From Planctomycetota bacterium (GTDB taxonomy: Bacteria; Planctomycetota; PLA2; JAEUHO01): a stretch of DNA of 64,000 bases. The stretch lies in NCBI GenBank assembly GCA_965222115.1, contig CBDCTJ010000007.1, positions 768,001 through 832,000 on the forward strand, in the 5' to 3' direction. Positions 38,776 through 47,699 of the stretch are shown piece by piece. Within the stretch, counting starts at the first letter, position 1, and each line of letters begins with the position of its first letter. Position numbers and translations under genes: made by a program. Under the pieces are notes generated by a model. The model was not told the DNA's origin. It ran no database searches and saw nothing but the letters and a program-made list of their open reading frames with translations.

Positions 38776-40143
38776 ATGAACACCAGCGCCGCGATGACAG
38801 GCGAAGTGACCAAACACGCACGCGTATTTTCCGATGACGTGTACGCCGAGCGTCGTAAGCGCTTGATGGGCATGATCGGTGAGCAAGGCGCGGCGTTGTT
38901 TGTGTCGGGGCCCGAAGTTACACGCAGCAACGATACGCACTACCGCTATCGCGCGAACAGCGATGTCATGTATTTGACGGGTTGCGATGAACCTAAGACG
39001 GCGGTGCTGCTTTTGCCGGGTCACAAGACCCATCCGTTCGTGGTGTTTGTGCGGCCGCGCCGTCCGAAGCTTGAAACGTGGGACGGCCCGCGCATTGGCG
39101 TCGAAGAAGCCCCCAAGAAACTTGGCGCGGATCAGGCCGTGTCGTTTAACAAGTTATGGAGCGAGTTGCCCAAGCTCTTGGTGGGCCGTCGCATGCTGGT
39201 CACCGCACTTGGCAACGACGAGGCCCTGGACCGCAATGTCATTGGTGCGTACCGCGGTGCTCAGCGCTTGGCACGCTCCAAGAAGGCCTCGCCCGAGAGC
39301 ATTGTGGATCCGCGCAACCTCCTGCACGAGATGCGTCTAAAGAAGTCGGACGACGAACTTGAGTGTTTGCGTCGCGCGTGTGCCGTGAGTGCCGAGGCAC
39401 ACGTCCATGCCATGCAGAAGACGCGCCCTGGACTCTATGAATACCAGATTCAGGCCGAGCTCGAATACTGGTTCTACAAGCACGGTGCAAGTGCACCGGG
39501 GTATCCCTCTATCGTAGGAAGCGGCGCCAACGCTTGCATCCTGCACTACATGACCAATCGCCGTAAGATGGAGGATGGCGATTTGGTGCTGGTGGATGCC
39601 GGTGCGGAGATCGACGGCTACACCGCCGACATCACGCGCACGTGGCCCGTGAATGGCCGCTTCAATGGGCGCCAACGCGAGATTTACGACCTCGTGCTGC
39701 AGGCGCAGATGCAGGTGATTCGCGACATTCGTCCGGGCGTCCATTGGCACACGTTGCATGAGACCACGTGTCGCGTATTGGCGCAGGGGCTGCTCGATAT
39801 GGGCATTCTGTCGGGCACGCTCGACGAGGTGCTAAGTGAAAAGACCTACAGCCCGTTCTTCATGCACGGGACCGGCCATTGGCTGGGCATGGACGTCCAC
39901 GATGTGGGTGTTTACGCGCGCGGCAACGAAGAGAGCCGCGAGTTGGAAGCGGGCATGGTCTTTACCGTGGAGCCCGGGCTCTACTTTCCGCCGAATGACG
40001 CCGCCACACCGAGCGAGTACAGCGGCATCGGTGTGCGCATTGAAGACAACGTGCTCGTTACGGAGAACGGCTGCGACGTCCTCACCTCAGGCGTTCCGAA
40101 GGAACCCCACGAGATTGAAGAGATCGTGGGCACGGGCGCGTAG
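38776..40143 (+). CDS. pepP: Xaa-Pro aminopeptidase
   Basis: DAGAE..GYTADITRT, HGTGHWLGMDVHD, TVEPGLY, GVRIED. Confidence 0.95.
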   Translation: MNTSAAMTGEVTKHARVFSDDVYAERRKRLMGMIGEQGAALFVSGPEVTRSNDTHYRYRANSDVMYLTGCDEPKTAVLLLPGHKTHPFVVFVRPRRPKLETWDGPRIGVEEAPKKLGADQAVSFNKLWSELPKLLVGRRMLVTALGNDEALDRNVIGAYRGAQRLARSKKASPESIVDPRNLLHEMRLKKSDDELECLRRACAVSAEAHVHAMQKTRPGLYEYQIQAELEYWFYKHGASAPGYPSIVGSGANACILHYMTNRRKMEDGDLVLVDAGAEIDGYTADITRTWPVNGRFNGRQREIYDLVLQAQMQVIRDIRPGVHWHTLHETTCRVLAQGLLDMGILSGTLDEVLSEKTYSPFFMHGTGHWLGMDVHDVGVYARGNEESRELEAGMVFTVEPGLYFPPNDAATPSEYSGIGVRIEDNVLVTENGCDVLTSGVPKEPHEIEEIVGTGA

Positions 40144-40188
40144 GCCCGTCTCGGCCATGTCGTCTTGTTGTCACACGACGACCTGTCG

Positions 40189-40692
40189 TTACGCGACGAC
40201 TTCAACCGTGCGTCCGCGATCGTCGAGCTGCAGCTGCATGGGTCGAATCAAGTCGATCTGACGCTTGATGATGCCCGAATGAAACTCGCCTTCGCTGGCA
40301 AGCACTTCCAAGAAGATGCGTGCTTCGCGGTTGGGAATGTTGTGGGCCTGACGCTCGTAGAAGTAGGCGCAATATTCTTCGTACTTGATGGTGGCGTAGA
40401 GCGTTTGAATGAGCGAATCTTTGTCGCGGATCTGGGTGACGTCTACGTCGCCAAAGATCTTGCGCGCGTCGTCTTCGGTCACCGTCATTTCTGTGTTGCC
40501 AAAGAGGCTGCGACGATGAGCGCGTAGCGTCTTGCGATGATCCTTCTCGTCTTTCTTGAGTTGGGTCAGCCGCGCCTGAAGTGTGGGTACGTCCACTCGT
40601 TTGGAGAGACGGTCATACATCTTGTAGGCGAGCGTTTCGCTTCGGATACCGGCATCGAGAATTTCCACAGCAGTAAGATTGTTCGGCAGCAT
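40189..40692 (-). CDS. Ferritin-like / rubrerythrin-family protein
   Basis: Two E...Y...E..H half-repeats (SETLAYKMY...DEKDH; YEEYCAYFY...EGEFH). Confidence 0.8.
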   Translation of the reverse strand: MLPNNLTAVEILDAGIRSETLAYKMYDRLSKRVDVPTLQARLTQLKKDEKDHRKTLRAHRRSLFGNTEMTVTEDDARKIFGDVDVTQIRDKDSLIQTLYATIKYEEYCAYFYERQAHNIPNREARIFLEVLASEGEFHSGIIKRQIDLIRPMQLQLDDRGRTVEVVA

Positions 40693-41241
40693 CCCTGCAA
40701 TCCTTCCTCATCGTTGAACTCGGAACCGCCGTTCCGCGTTGGATGTTTCCTTCGCTTCGAAACGACGGGGCACGGCCATCCCCTCACGCGCCTACACGAA
40801 ATCACTTTCGTGCTGCCGCACAGTGGCTTCGTGCTGTCGCACCGTGGCCATGCCGTCTCGGCGTCTGGCTCCTATAAAGACCTCGGCCCTGGCAAGAACC
40901 GACGACGCCACTCGAACTTGTTGATCCCTGACCCCGAATTCGTGGAGTCGCCCGCTGGATCGTCCACGGCCGTGGCCGCGACGCCCCATTGAAGCCAAAC
41001 TTTAGGGTCCTGCAGCGACATCTGCACCATATATAGGAGAGTAAACATGATTTTTACACTAGATAGAGGCCATACGGCCTGAATCCACCACGTCGTCTCT
41101 CGCTCAATTTGGCGCCTCGGGGCACCCGATTCCGCTGCGTTTTGTCCCTTGTTCGTTTTCGGGTGTGACCAGAAGGCCGCTCGTGCGAAGGCTCTGATGG
41201 GGCCCGCGTGTTGTCCGAGGGCTCCACCAGGAGCTCATTTC

Positions 41242-42954
41242 ATGCACTTCGGCATATCGCACCCAGGCTTGATGCGTCGCAATCGGATCTCGCCGACGAT
41301 GGTTCTCTATCTCTCTCTATCGGTTGGCATCCTGTTCGTCTTCGGCGTCAACCGCCATGCCGTTGCTTCGGGGGCTAGCCGAGTCGCCGCCGTTCGGAAA
41401 CTTCTGCGCGACGACGAACCGTCAAAGCGCGCCGCGGCCGTGAGGCGCCTAGCCGGCGATCCGTCACCCGCCGCGTTGGCGTTGGTCTGGCGAGCACTCG
41501 GCGACAACCATCCCTATGTTCGCGGTGCTGCCTATGGCGTGTTGGGACTTGTGCCGGATGGCAAAGGGCGCAAGTGGATCCGCAGAGCGTGGCGGAAAGA
41601 AAAGCGCGACCCGACGCGGCTCGCCGCGCTCACGGGGATGCTGCTTTGGGGCGTTGAACCCGCGATGCCTACGGTGATGGAGGCGCTCGGCCATCGTTCC
41701 CCCGCCATGCGCCGCGGCGCGATTGAGGCCTACGTGGATGTTGCACTTCCGGCGGGAATGAACGCGTCCGGTGATGAGGACACCGACGAAGGGGCCGAGA
41801 TTCCCCAGGACCTTCGTCGCGTGCTTCTGAAGGCGCTACATGACAAAGACGGCGGCGTGCGGGCGTGGTCGCTACGTGCACTGCTCTTGGATCCTGCGGA
41901 TCGTTACGGTCGAGACGACGCGTTGACCGGATCCATGCTTGCGCGTTTGCTTCAAGACGATGACGACCCGCGCGTTCGTTTGAGCGCTCTTGAGGGTTCC
42001 GTCGCGTTGGGCTCGGAGAAGGCGGTGTTCGCTGTTCTTCGCGGGCTGACTGATGCGGTCTGGTCGGTCCGACTCAGGGCGGCGGAACTCGCGGGAGCGA
42101 CGCGAGATCGACGGGTACTGGAAGCGCTGCCACCTCATTTGGAAGACGCGCGCCGGCGTGTTGTGCGTGCTGTTCATCACGCATTGGTGGAACTCACGGG
42201 CATACCGTTTGAGCCGCACAAGTCGCAGTGGGTGGCGTGGCTTCATGGTGATGGCAAGCGGTTCGATCCCGCCCAGGCCAGCGCCGCAAGAAACATGAGC
42301 CGCAAGAAAAATCTACGGAAGGGAACGGTCACCGGCGAGCGCACCACGTTTCTTGATCTCACGCTGATTTCGCGGCATGTGACGTTCGTTCTCGATCGAT
42401 CCGGTTCCATGAATGAACCGTGGATGGCGGGGGCTCGAGCCACCTCGTCTGCTTCAAAAGAGCAGTCGGATTCGACGAAGAAAGGCAAGCAGGCCTCAGC
42501 CACGCGTTGGCGTGAAGTTGTAGCGCGCCTTGACACGCTACTTCGCACATTGGGGCGCGAGCGACCTGCGGCGGTCGTCAATGTGGTTGTCTTCGGCAAC
42601 CGGGCCGAGGCCATATTTCCCCGTGCGGTGCCCCTTACACCCGGTCGCATTCAGGGCATACGCCGTTGGTTGGAAAAGACGGAACCCGCTGGCCGCACGG
42701 CGCTCTACGACGGGATTGAACTCGCGCTTACCGATCCGGTGATCGATAACCTTGTGGTGCTCTCCGACGGCGCGCCAAGTGCGGGCGCCTACTTTACCAA
42801 GACAGCCCTGCTACGAAACGTGCGCGCCGCCAATCACTGGCGACGCGCACGGATTGATGTGATTGCCATCGGTGCAAAGCGAGTGGCGAAGCGTTGGCGT
42901 GATCTCTTGGTTCGGCTTGCCAAAGCGAGCGGCGGTGTGTGCCTCAATCGTTAA
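41242..42954 (+). CDS. HEAT-repeat plus von Willebrand A domain protein
   Basis: Multiple HEAT repeats; MIDAS DRSGS, GRTALYDG, LSDGAP. Confidence 0.85.
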   Translation: MHFGISHPGLMRRNRISPTMVLYLSLSVGILFVFGVNRHAVASGASRVAAVRKLLRDDEPSKRAAAVRRLAGDPSPAALALVWRALGDNHPYVRGAAYGVLGLVPDGKGRKWIRRAWRKEKRDPTRLAALTGMLLWGVEPAMPTVMEALGHRSPAMRRGAIEAYVDVALPAGMNASGDEDTDEGAEIPQDLRRVLLKALHDKDGGVRAWSLRALLLDPADRYGRDDALTGSMLARLLQDDDDPRVRLSALEGSVALGSEKAVFAVLRGLTDAVWSVRLRAAELAGATRDRRVLEALPPHLEDARRRVVRAVHHALVELTGIPFEPHKSQWVAWLHGDGKRFDPAQASAARNMSRKKNLRKGTVTGERTTFLDLTLISRHVTFVLDRSGSMNEPWMAGARATSSASKEQSDSTKKGKQASATRWREVVARLDTLLRTLGRERPAAVVNVVVFGNRAEAIFPRAVPLTPGRIQGIRRWLEKTEPAGRTALYDGIELALTDPVIDNLVVLSDGAPSAGAYFTKTALLRNVRAANHWRRARIDVIAIGAKRVAKRWRDLLVRLAKASGGVCLNR

Positions 42955-42959
42955 GGCAC

Positions 42960-43289
42960 TTATCCAATCACGCTATCGATACGCTTCTGCAGGGCGGGCT
43001 TCTTTTGCAGGCCGTTGATCTTGTCCACCACTTCGCCCCCCTTGAAGAAGAGGATGGTGGGCACGGACATGATCTTGAACTCTTTCGCTACGCCGGGTGC
43101 CTTGTCGATATCGACGGCGCCAACCTTCAAGCGACCTTCGTATTCCTCGGCCAAAGATTCAACGATGGGCGCGAGTGCACGGCAGGGGCCGCACCATGTG
43201 GCGCCAAAGTCCACGAGTACGGGTGTGTCGCTCTCTTTAACCTCGGCAACGAAGTTGTCGTCGGTGAAGGCGGGAAGCTTGTCGGACAT
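42960..43289 (-). CDS. trxA: Thioredoxin
   Basis: WCGPC active site, SVPT cis-Pro motif, 109 aa. Confidence 0.95.
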   Translation of the reverse strand: MSDKLPAFTDDNFVAEVKESDTPVLVDFGATWCGPCRALAPIVESLAEEYEGRLKVGAVDIDKAPGVAKEFKIMSVPTILFFKGGEVVDKINGLQKKPALQKRIDSVIG

Positions 43290-43523
43290 GAGGGGCTCCA
43301 TAGGAGAAGGACGAATCGAGAGGGGCGTAACGAGCAGGCGACACGACGGACGTAACGCGAACGCGCAAACGCGTCGCCGCGCCAAACGGTGGGCGAGTGT
43401 AACGGCCCTGCGTGGGGGAGCCACCAACCCCTTTCGCGCGAGGGGTCGGATCGGCCAGGGAGGTCGAACAATTGCGTCGCGTCCGGGTAGACTCCGCGGG
43501 GCTCCAACGTTTCAAGGAACGCC

Positions 43524-44111
43524 ATGCGCGCACTCATTCTCCTGCTTTCGGCACTCGTGGTCGGATTGGCAGCTTCCATCATCGTGTACATGGACCGGCG
43601 TCCAGGGCGCGTTCATGTGGGTGAAAAATTCGAAATCCGCCGCCTGCTAATCGACTCGCAAAAGGGCGAGCAAGCCGTCTACCGGGATAGCGCCACAGGC
43701 CGCCTCATGACGTGGCGTGTGAACGACATTCGCGCATTGGGCAGCCAAGTGGAGCCCACCCGACGACTCTATCGCAAACTCGCCGACCCCATGGGTCAAG
43801 CGTTGTCGGGTCCGGGTGCAACGGCCGTGTATTGGCACAAGGTATCCGAGCACGGTTGGTTTCCGCTAACAGCACCCCATATGCCGCAGGAACTTGATCG
43901 CGTGTGGATTGTGCGCGGGATTTCGCGCGAGACGATTCGTTGGCATCAGAAGGAACTCAAATGCTGGCGGGTTGACTTTATTGATCCCGCACTGCCCGAG
44001 CATCAAGACACGGTCGTGGGCTGGTTTCATCGCGATGCCCCCGTGTTTGGCCTGATTCAGTGGAAGCGCCTCGATGCCACATGGGTGCTTCAAGAATCGA
44101 GCACGTCATGA
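43524..44111 (+). CDS. Membrane-anchored hypothetical protein (paralog 1)
   Basis: N-terminal TM; shares motifs with the next gene. Confidence 0.7.
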   Translation: MRALILLLSALVVGLAASIIVYMDRRPGRVHVGEKFEIRRLLIDSQKGEQAVYRDSATGRLMTWRVNDIRALGSQVEPTRRLYRKLADPMGQALSGPGATAVYWHKVSEHGWFPLTAPHMPQELDRVWIVRGISRETIRWHQKELKCWRVDFIDPALPEHQDTVVGWFHRDAPVFGLIQWKRLDATWVLQESSTS

Positions 44112-44785
44112 GCGCGGCCCGCGCCAAACCCACCGAGCCCTCGCGCACCACGTGGCTCGAGTGGTTGGTTGTAAGCGTGCTGGCGGCCATGGCCATCTCG
44201 CTCGCCTACATTCGTTTTCAACTCCTTCCGTCTCAGGAACGCCGTGCGCCGATTGAGTTTCGCTTTGAAAATCCATTGTTGGATGCCAAGCCCGGGGATG
44301 CGACGCTTTCCTACGAAGAACTCGATCCCACGCGAGAACACTGCATATCGGTGCGTCGTGAGGGCGTGGTGCTGCGACCACGACGGGGCAAATCGCACAT
44401 CGGCCGCGAGCGCAATTTACAAGTTGGTCGACCCTATTTGGCATGCTCGCTGCGACGTGTGGAACCTGGCGATCCCCCCTGTGGGAGTGATGCCAAGAAG
44501 GGTCAAGTGTTGATTTATCCACTAAATGACATGGGTATGCCCGTGGGCACAGGTGTCGTGCCCATGCAGATTCAACCGCGTCTCATGATGTGGCAAGACC
44601 GTCAGTTGATTGCGTATCAAGTGGACTTTCAACGGTTTGGCCCGTTGTCGGGCATTTGGACAACGTTTCTAAGTCCCGAGGCACCTGCGACCGGCCTTAT
44701 TCATATGCGAAGTTTGACGGCGGGTAGGACCGGTGCGCGCGAGATGAATCACGCCTACCGTGACGTCATGCGTGCGATTCGATGA
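44108..44785 (+). CDS. Membrane-anchored hypothetical protein (paralog 2)
   Basis: N-terminal TM; ATGA overlaps at both ends. Confidence 0.7.
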   Translation: MSAARAKPTEPSRTTWLEWLVVSVLAAMAISLAYIRFQLLPSQERRAPIEFRFENPLLDAKPGDATLSYEELDPTREHCISVRREGVVLRPRRGKSHIGRERNLQVGRPYLACSLRRVEPGDPPCGSDAKKGQVLIYPLNDMGMPVGTGVVPMQIQPRLMMWQDRQLIAYQVDFQRFGPLSGIWTTFLSPEAPATGLIHMRSLTAGRTGAREMNHAYRDVMRAIR

Positions 44786-46662
44786 GGCCGACGCCCATGC
44801 CGTCTACACCTCGAACGTTGCCTGCCCACTTTGCCGCCACGCTGGCACGCGTGGGCGATCGGGATGTCTTGGAAGACAACGCAGGCACGGTTTCCCTTAA
44901 GACCTTGTTGCACGGCGCGGCCTCACTCGCCACTGCACTGGAAGCCCGCGGCGTCAGGAAAGGCGAACGGATAGGCCTTTACGCTGACAACGGCCGTCAC
45001 TGGTTGCTGGTTGATTTGGCCGCTCAACTTGTGGGTGCGGTAACGGTGCCGCGCGGGACCGATACGCCGCCCGATGAAATGGCGGGGTTCTTGAACCATG
45101 CCGGTGCCACGCGTGCATTCGTACACAACGATGCCCATGGCGAACGACTTCAAGAAGCTGTGCAGGCCACGGGTGCGGCCCCGCTTCGCGACGTAATGTC
45201 CATCGCCCATGGCGACAGCGGCGCGTCGTCGGTCGAAACGTTGGTGCGGGCTACAACCGCCGAGAGCGATTTTCAAACGCGCGCGCGCCACGTAGCCGAA
45301 GACGATCTCGTCACCATCATCTACACATCGGGAACGACCGGTCGCCCGAAGGGCGTCTCGTTGCGTCAAAGTAACTTCGGCCATCAAGTTGCTGTCTTAC
45401 CGGGCTTGCTCGACATTGGTCCCAAGGAGCGATTCCTGTCGATTCTCCCCATCTGGCACATCTTTGAGCGCACCGTGGAGTACGTCGCCCTTGTAAGTGG
45501 GTGCCGATTGAAGTTTACAACCAGGCGTCGTCTCAAAGAGGACATGCAGTCGTTCCAACCTACGTTTTTTCCCTCGGTACCCCGCATCTGGGAGTCGGTA
45601 TATGACGGTGTACAGAAGGCACTTCAAAGCGGCTCACCCGCAAAGCGCAGGGTCTTTCGTTTCGCCTACAGCGTTGCAGCCGCGCGTGCGAGGTCGTGGG
45701 ACCGAGCGCGCGGTCATGTACTCCAAACAACCGCGCGCCGAGGTGGTGCCGCACTCGCCGAACCGTTGGTTCGCGGTTGGCATGGCTTGATCGCGGCGAC
45801 CCTGCTTCCGGTGGATCGTCTCGGCCACGCCGTGGTGTTTAAGAAACTACGGGCCGTAACCGGCGGCAAGATGCGCGCCGCAATCAGCGGAGGTGGATTG
45901 ATGCCGGCCCACGTGGAACGGTTTTTCCGAACCATCGGCATTCCCATGTTGGTGGGCTACGGCCTCACCGAAACGAGTCCCGTGTTGACGCTTCGTCGCG
46001 AGGAACGAAATGTCCTTGGCACCATTGGCACCGTCGTCCCCGAAGTGGATCTTGAACTTCGCCACCCGGATACCGGTACTCCGGTGGCGCAGGGCGATGT
46101 GGGTGTGGTGTGGACCCGCGGTCCGCAAGTCATGAACGGATACTACAAGGACGACGAACTCACGTCGAACGTGATGGACGACGCGGGGTGGTTCAATACC
46201 GGCGACTTGGGTCTACTTACGCCGGCGGGTGATCTTTGCTTTCGTGGACGGCAGAAGGAAACCATTGTCCTTCGTGGCGGTGAGAACGTGGATCCGGGCG
46301 CCGTGGAAGAGGCCATTCTCGCGTCGCCGTTGGTCGCACAAGCCATCGTGGTGGGGCAAGATCAGAAACAGCTCGCGGCCTTGGTGGTACCCGACATCGA
46401 TGTTGTCGCGCGCGAGCTCAATACCATCGTTGAAGGTGGTGTCGAGGGTCTCGTGGATCTTCCCGAAGTGCTTGAGCGGATGCGCCGTGAAGTCCGTGTA
46501 CACACCGAACACCTGAAGCCCTTTGAACGCGTGCACCGTGTGGCCATGCTTCCCGAACTCTTAACACCCGAAGCCGGTACGCTCACGCAAACGCTCAAAC
46601 CGCGTCGTCACGTCATTGTGGAGCGATTTGGCGACGCGATTCGCGCTGCCTACGCATCGTAA
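44782..46662 (+). CDS. Long-chain fatty-acid--CoA ligase (AMP-binding)
   Basis: IYTSGTTGRPKGV, GYGLTETSP, WFNTGDLG, GRQKE, TLKPRR. Confidence 0.92.
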   Translation: MRPTPMPSTPRTLPAHFAATLARVGDRDVLEDNAGTVSLKTLLHGAASLATALEARGVRKGERIGLYADNGRHWLLVDLAAQLVGAVTVPRGTDTPPDEMAGFLNHAGATRAFVHNDAHGERLQEAVQATGAAPLRDVMSIAHGDSGASSVETLVRATTAESDFQTRARHVAEDDLVTIIYTSGTTGRPKGVSLRQSNFGHQVAVLPGLLDIGPKERFLSILPIWHIFERTVEYVALVSGCRLKFTTRRRLKEDMQSFQPTFFPSVPRIWESVYDGVQKALQSGSPAKRRVFRFAYSVAAARARSWDRARGHVLQTTARRGGAALAEPLVRGWHGLIAATLLPVDRLGHAVVFKKLRAVTGGKMRAAISGGGLMPAHVERFFRTIGIPMLVGYGLTETSPVLTLRREERNVLGTIGTVVPEVDLELRHPDTGTPVAQGDVGVVWTRGPQVMNGYYKDDELTSNVMDDAGWFNTGDLGLLTPAGDLCFRGRQKETIVLRGGENVDPGAVEEAILASPLVAQAIVVGQDQKQLAALVVPDIDVVARELNTIVEGGVEGLVDLPEVLERMRREVRVHTEHLKPFERVHRVAMLPELLTPEAGTLTQTLKPRRHVIVERFGDAIRAAYAS

Positions 46663-46742
46663 ATCGTGATGATCGTTCACCGAATCGAGCTCCGTTTGAC
46701 GCCACACGTGCGTTGCCCGAAGGGTCCGGTAGGATCTGCGCC

Positions 46743-47318
46743 ATGTTGGATCGCCAGACCCTTGTCCTGAATCGCTCGTGGACACCCGTCATGACGACGA
46801 CGGTGCGCCGTGCGATTGGGCTTATGGCGCGTGGCGCGGCATCGGCGGTGCATCCCAGCACGTACGAGACGGCGGATTGGGACGGATGGATCGAACGCGG
46901 TCCCGCCGGCACGGCGCGACTTCAAGGGGTCGATTTTCAGTTTCCCGTGCCAGAAGTTATTGTGCTGCGCACGTACAACGGGTTTCCGCGTGTCGCCGTT
47001 CGCTTCTCGCGTCGCAATGTGTATCGACGTGATGGATACGCCTGCGCCTACTGCGGGCATGCACCCCACGTTCGTGAACTCACGATTGATCACGTCGTAC
47101 CGCGCAGCCATGGCGGCTCAACGTCTTGGGAAAACTGTGTGACCGCGTGTGGCCGGTGCAATGCACGCAAGGCCGACCGGTCGCCCGAGAAGGCGGGGAT
47201 GTCGCTGCGCAGTCCACCGCGATCGCCGTCGTGGCCCGGTGGGCTTGACCCGTCGCTGCTTGCGTCCCGCCCCAACTGGCGGCGCTTCGTACCCACATCA
47301 CGTGCCATGCAGGCGTGA
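46743..47318 (+). CDS. HNH endonuclease
   Basis: LVLN, RDGYACAYCG, TIDHVVPRSHGG..SWENCVTACGRCNARK. Confidence 0.92.
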   Translation: MLDRQTLVLNRSWTPVMTTTVRRAIGLMARGAASAVHPSTYETADWDGWIERGPAGTARLQGVDFQFPVPEVIVLRTYNGFPRVAVRFSRRNVYRRDGYACAYCGHAPHVRELTIDHVVPRSHGGSTSWENCVTACGRCNARKADRSPEKAGMSLRSPPRSPSWPGGLDPSLLASRPNWRRFVPTSRAMQA

Positions 47319-47387
47319 ATCGCACGGTTTGGATATTGCGCGTTGGACTTCGCGCACTAAACGTTCGTCTGGAACGAGGAGGTCACT

Positions 47388-47558
47388 ATCACGTGGCATG
47401 AGGACGACACAATTCTTAGCGATGACGAATACGACAAGTTCGTGGCCAAGAACTTTGGACGTGACGGTCAGCCCAAAGGCGGGCCGCCTGTAGGACTCAT
47501 CTTGTTCTTTGCCGTGCTGGCGGCACTGATTGTTGCAGGACTCGTGCTATCCAAGTAG
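47388..47558 (+). CDS. Possible small single-TM protein, start uncertain
   Basis: Open frame ...DDEYDKFVAKNFG...LILFFAVLAALIVAGLVLSK*; strong RBS GAGGAGG at 47376 precedes ATC 47388; first canonical start is GTG 47442. Confidence 0.4.
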   Translation: MTWHEDDTILSDDEYDKFVAKNFGRDGQPKGGPPVGLILFFAVLAALIVAGLVLSK

Positions 47559-47699
47559 CCGCGTTGGACATTTGAAGAACCGATGGTGCGCGCCCTATGA
47601 ATAGTCTGGGACTCGCCCGGATGTCGGTATGCTCGGCCCACTACGTTTGGGCAGCTGTCCCATTTCGAGTGCGGTTCTAGAAGCAACGACCGTGGGAGC

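Noticed and set aside
40962-40995. GTCCACGGCCGTGGCCGCGACGCCCCATTGAAGC resembles a CRISPR repeat ending ATTGAAGC
   Set aside because: Single copy, no spacers, no cas genes in the window
46743-47318. HNH nuclease as a Cas9/IscB or defence effector
   Set aside because: Small stand-alone HNH of a common type; no RuvC motifs, array or methylase nearby
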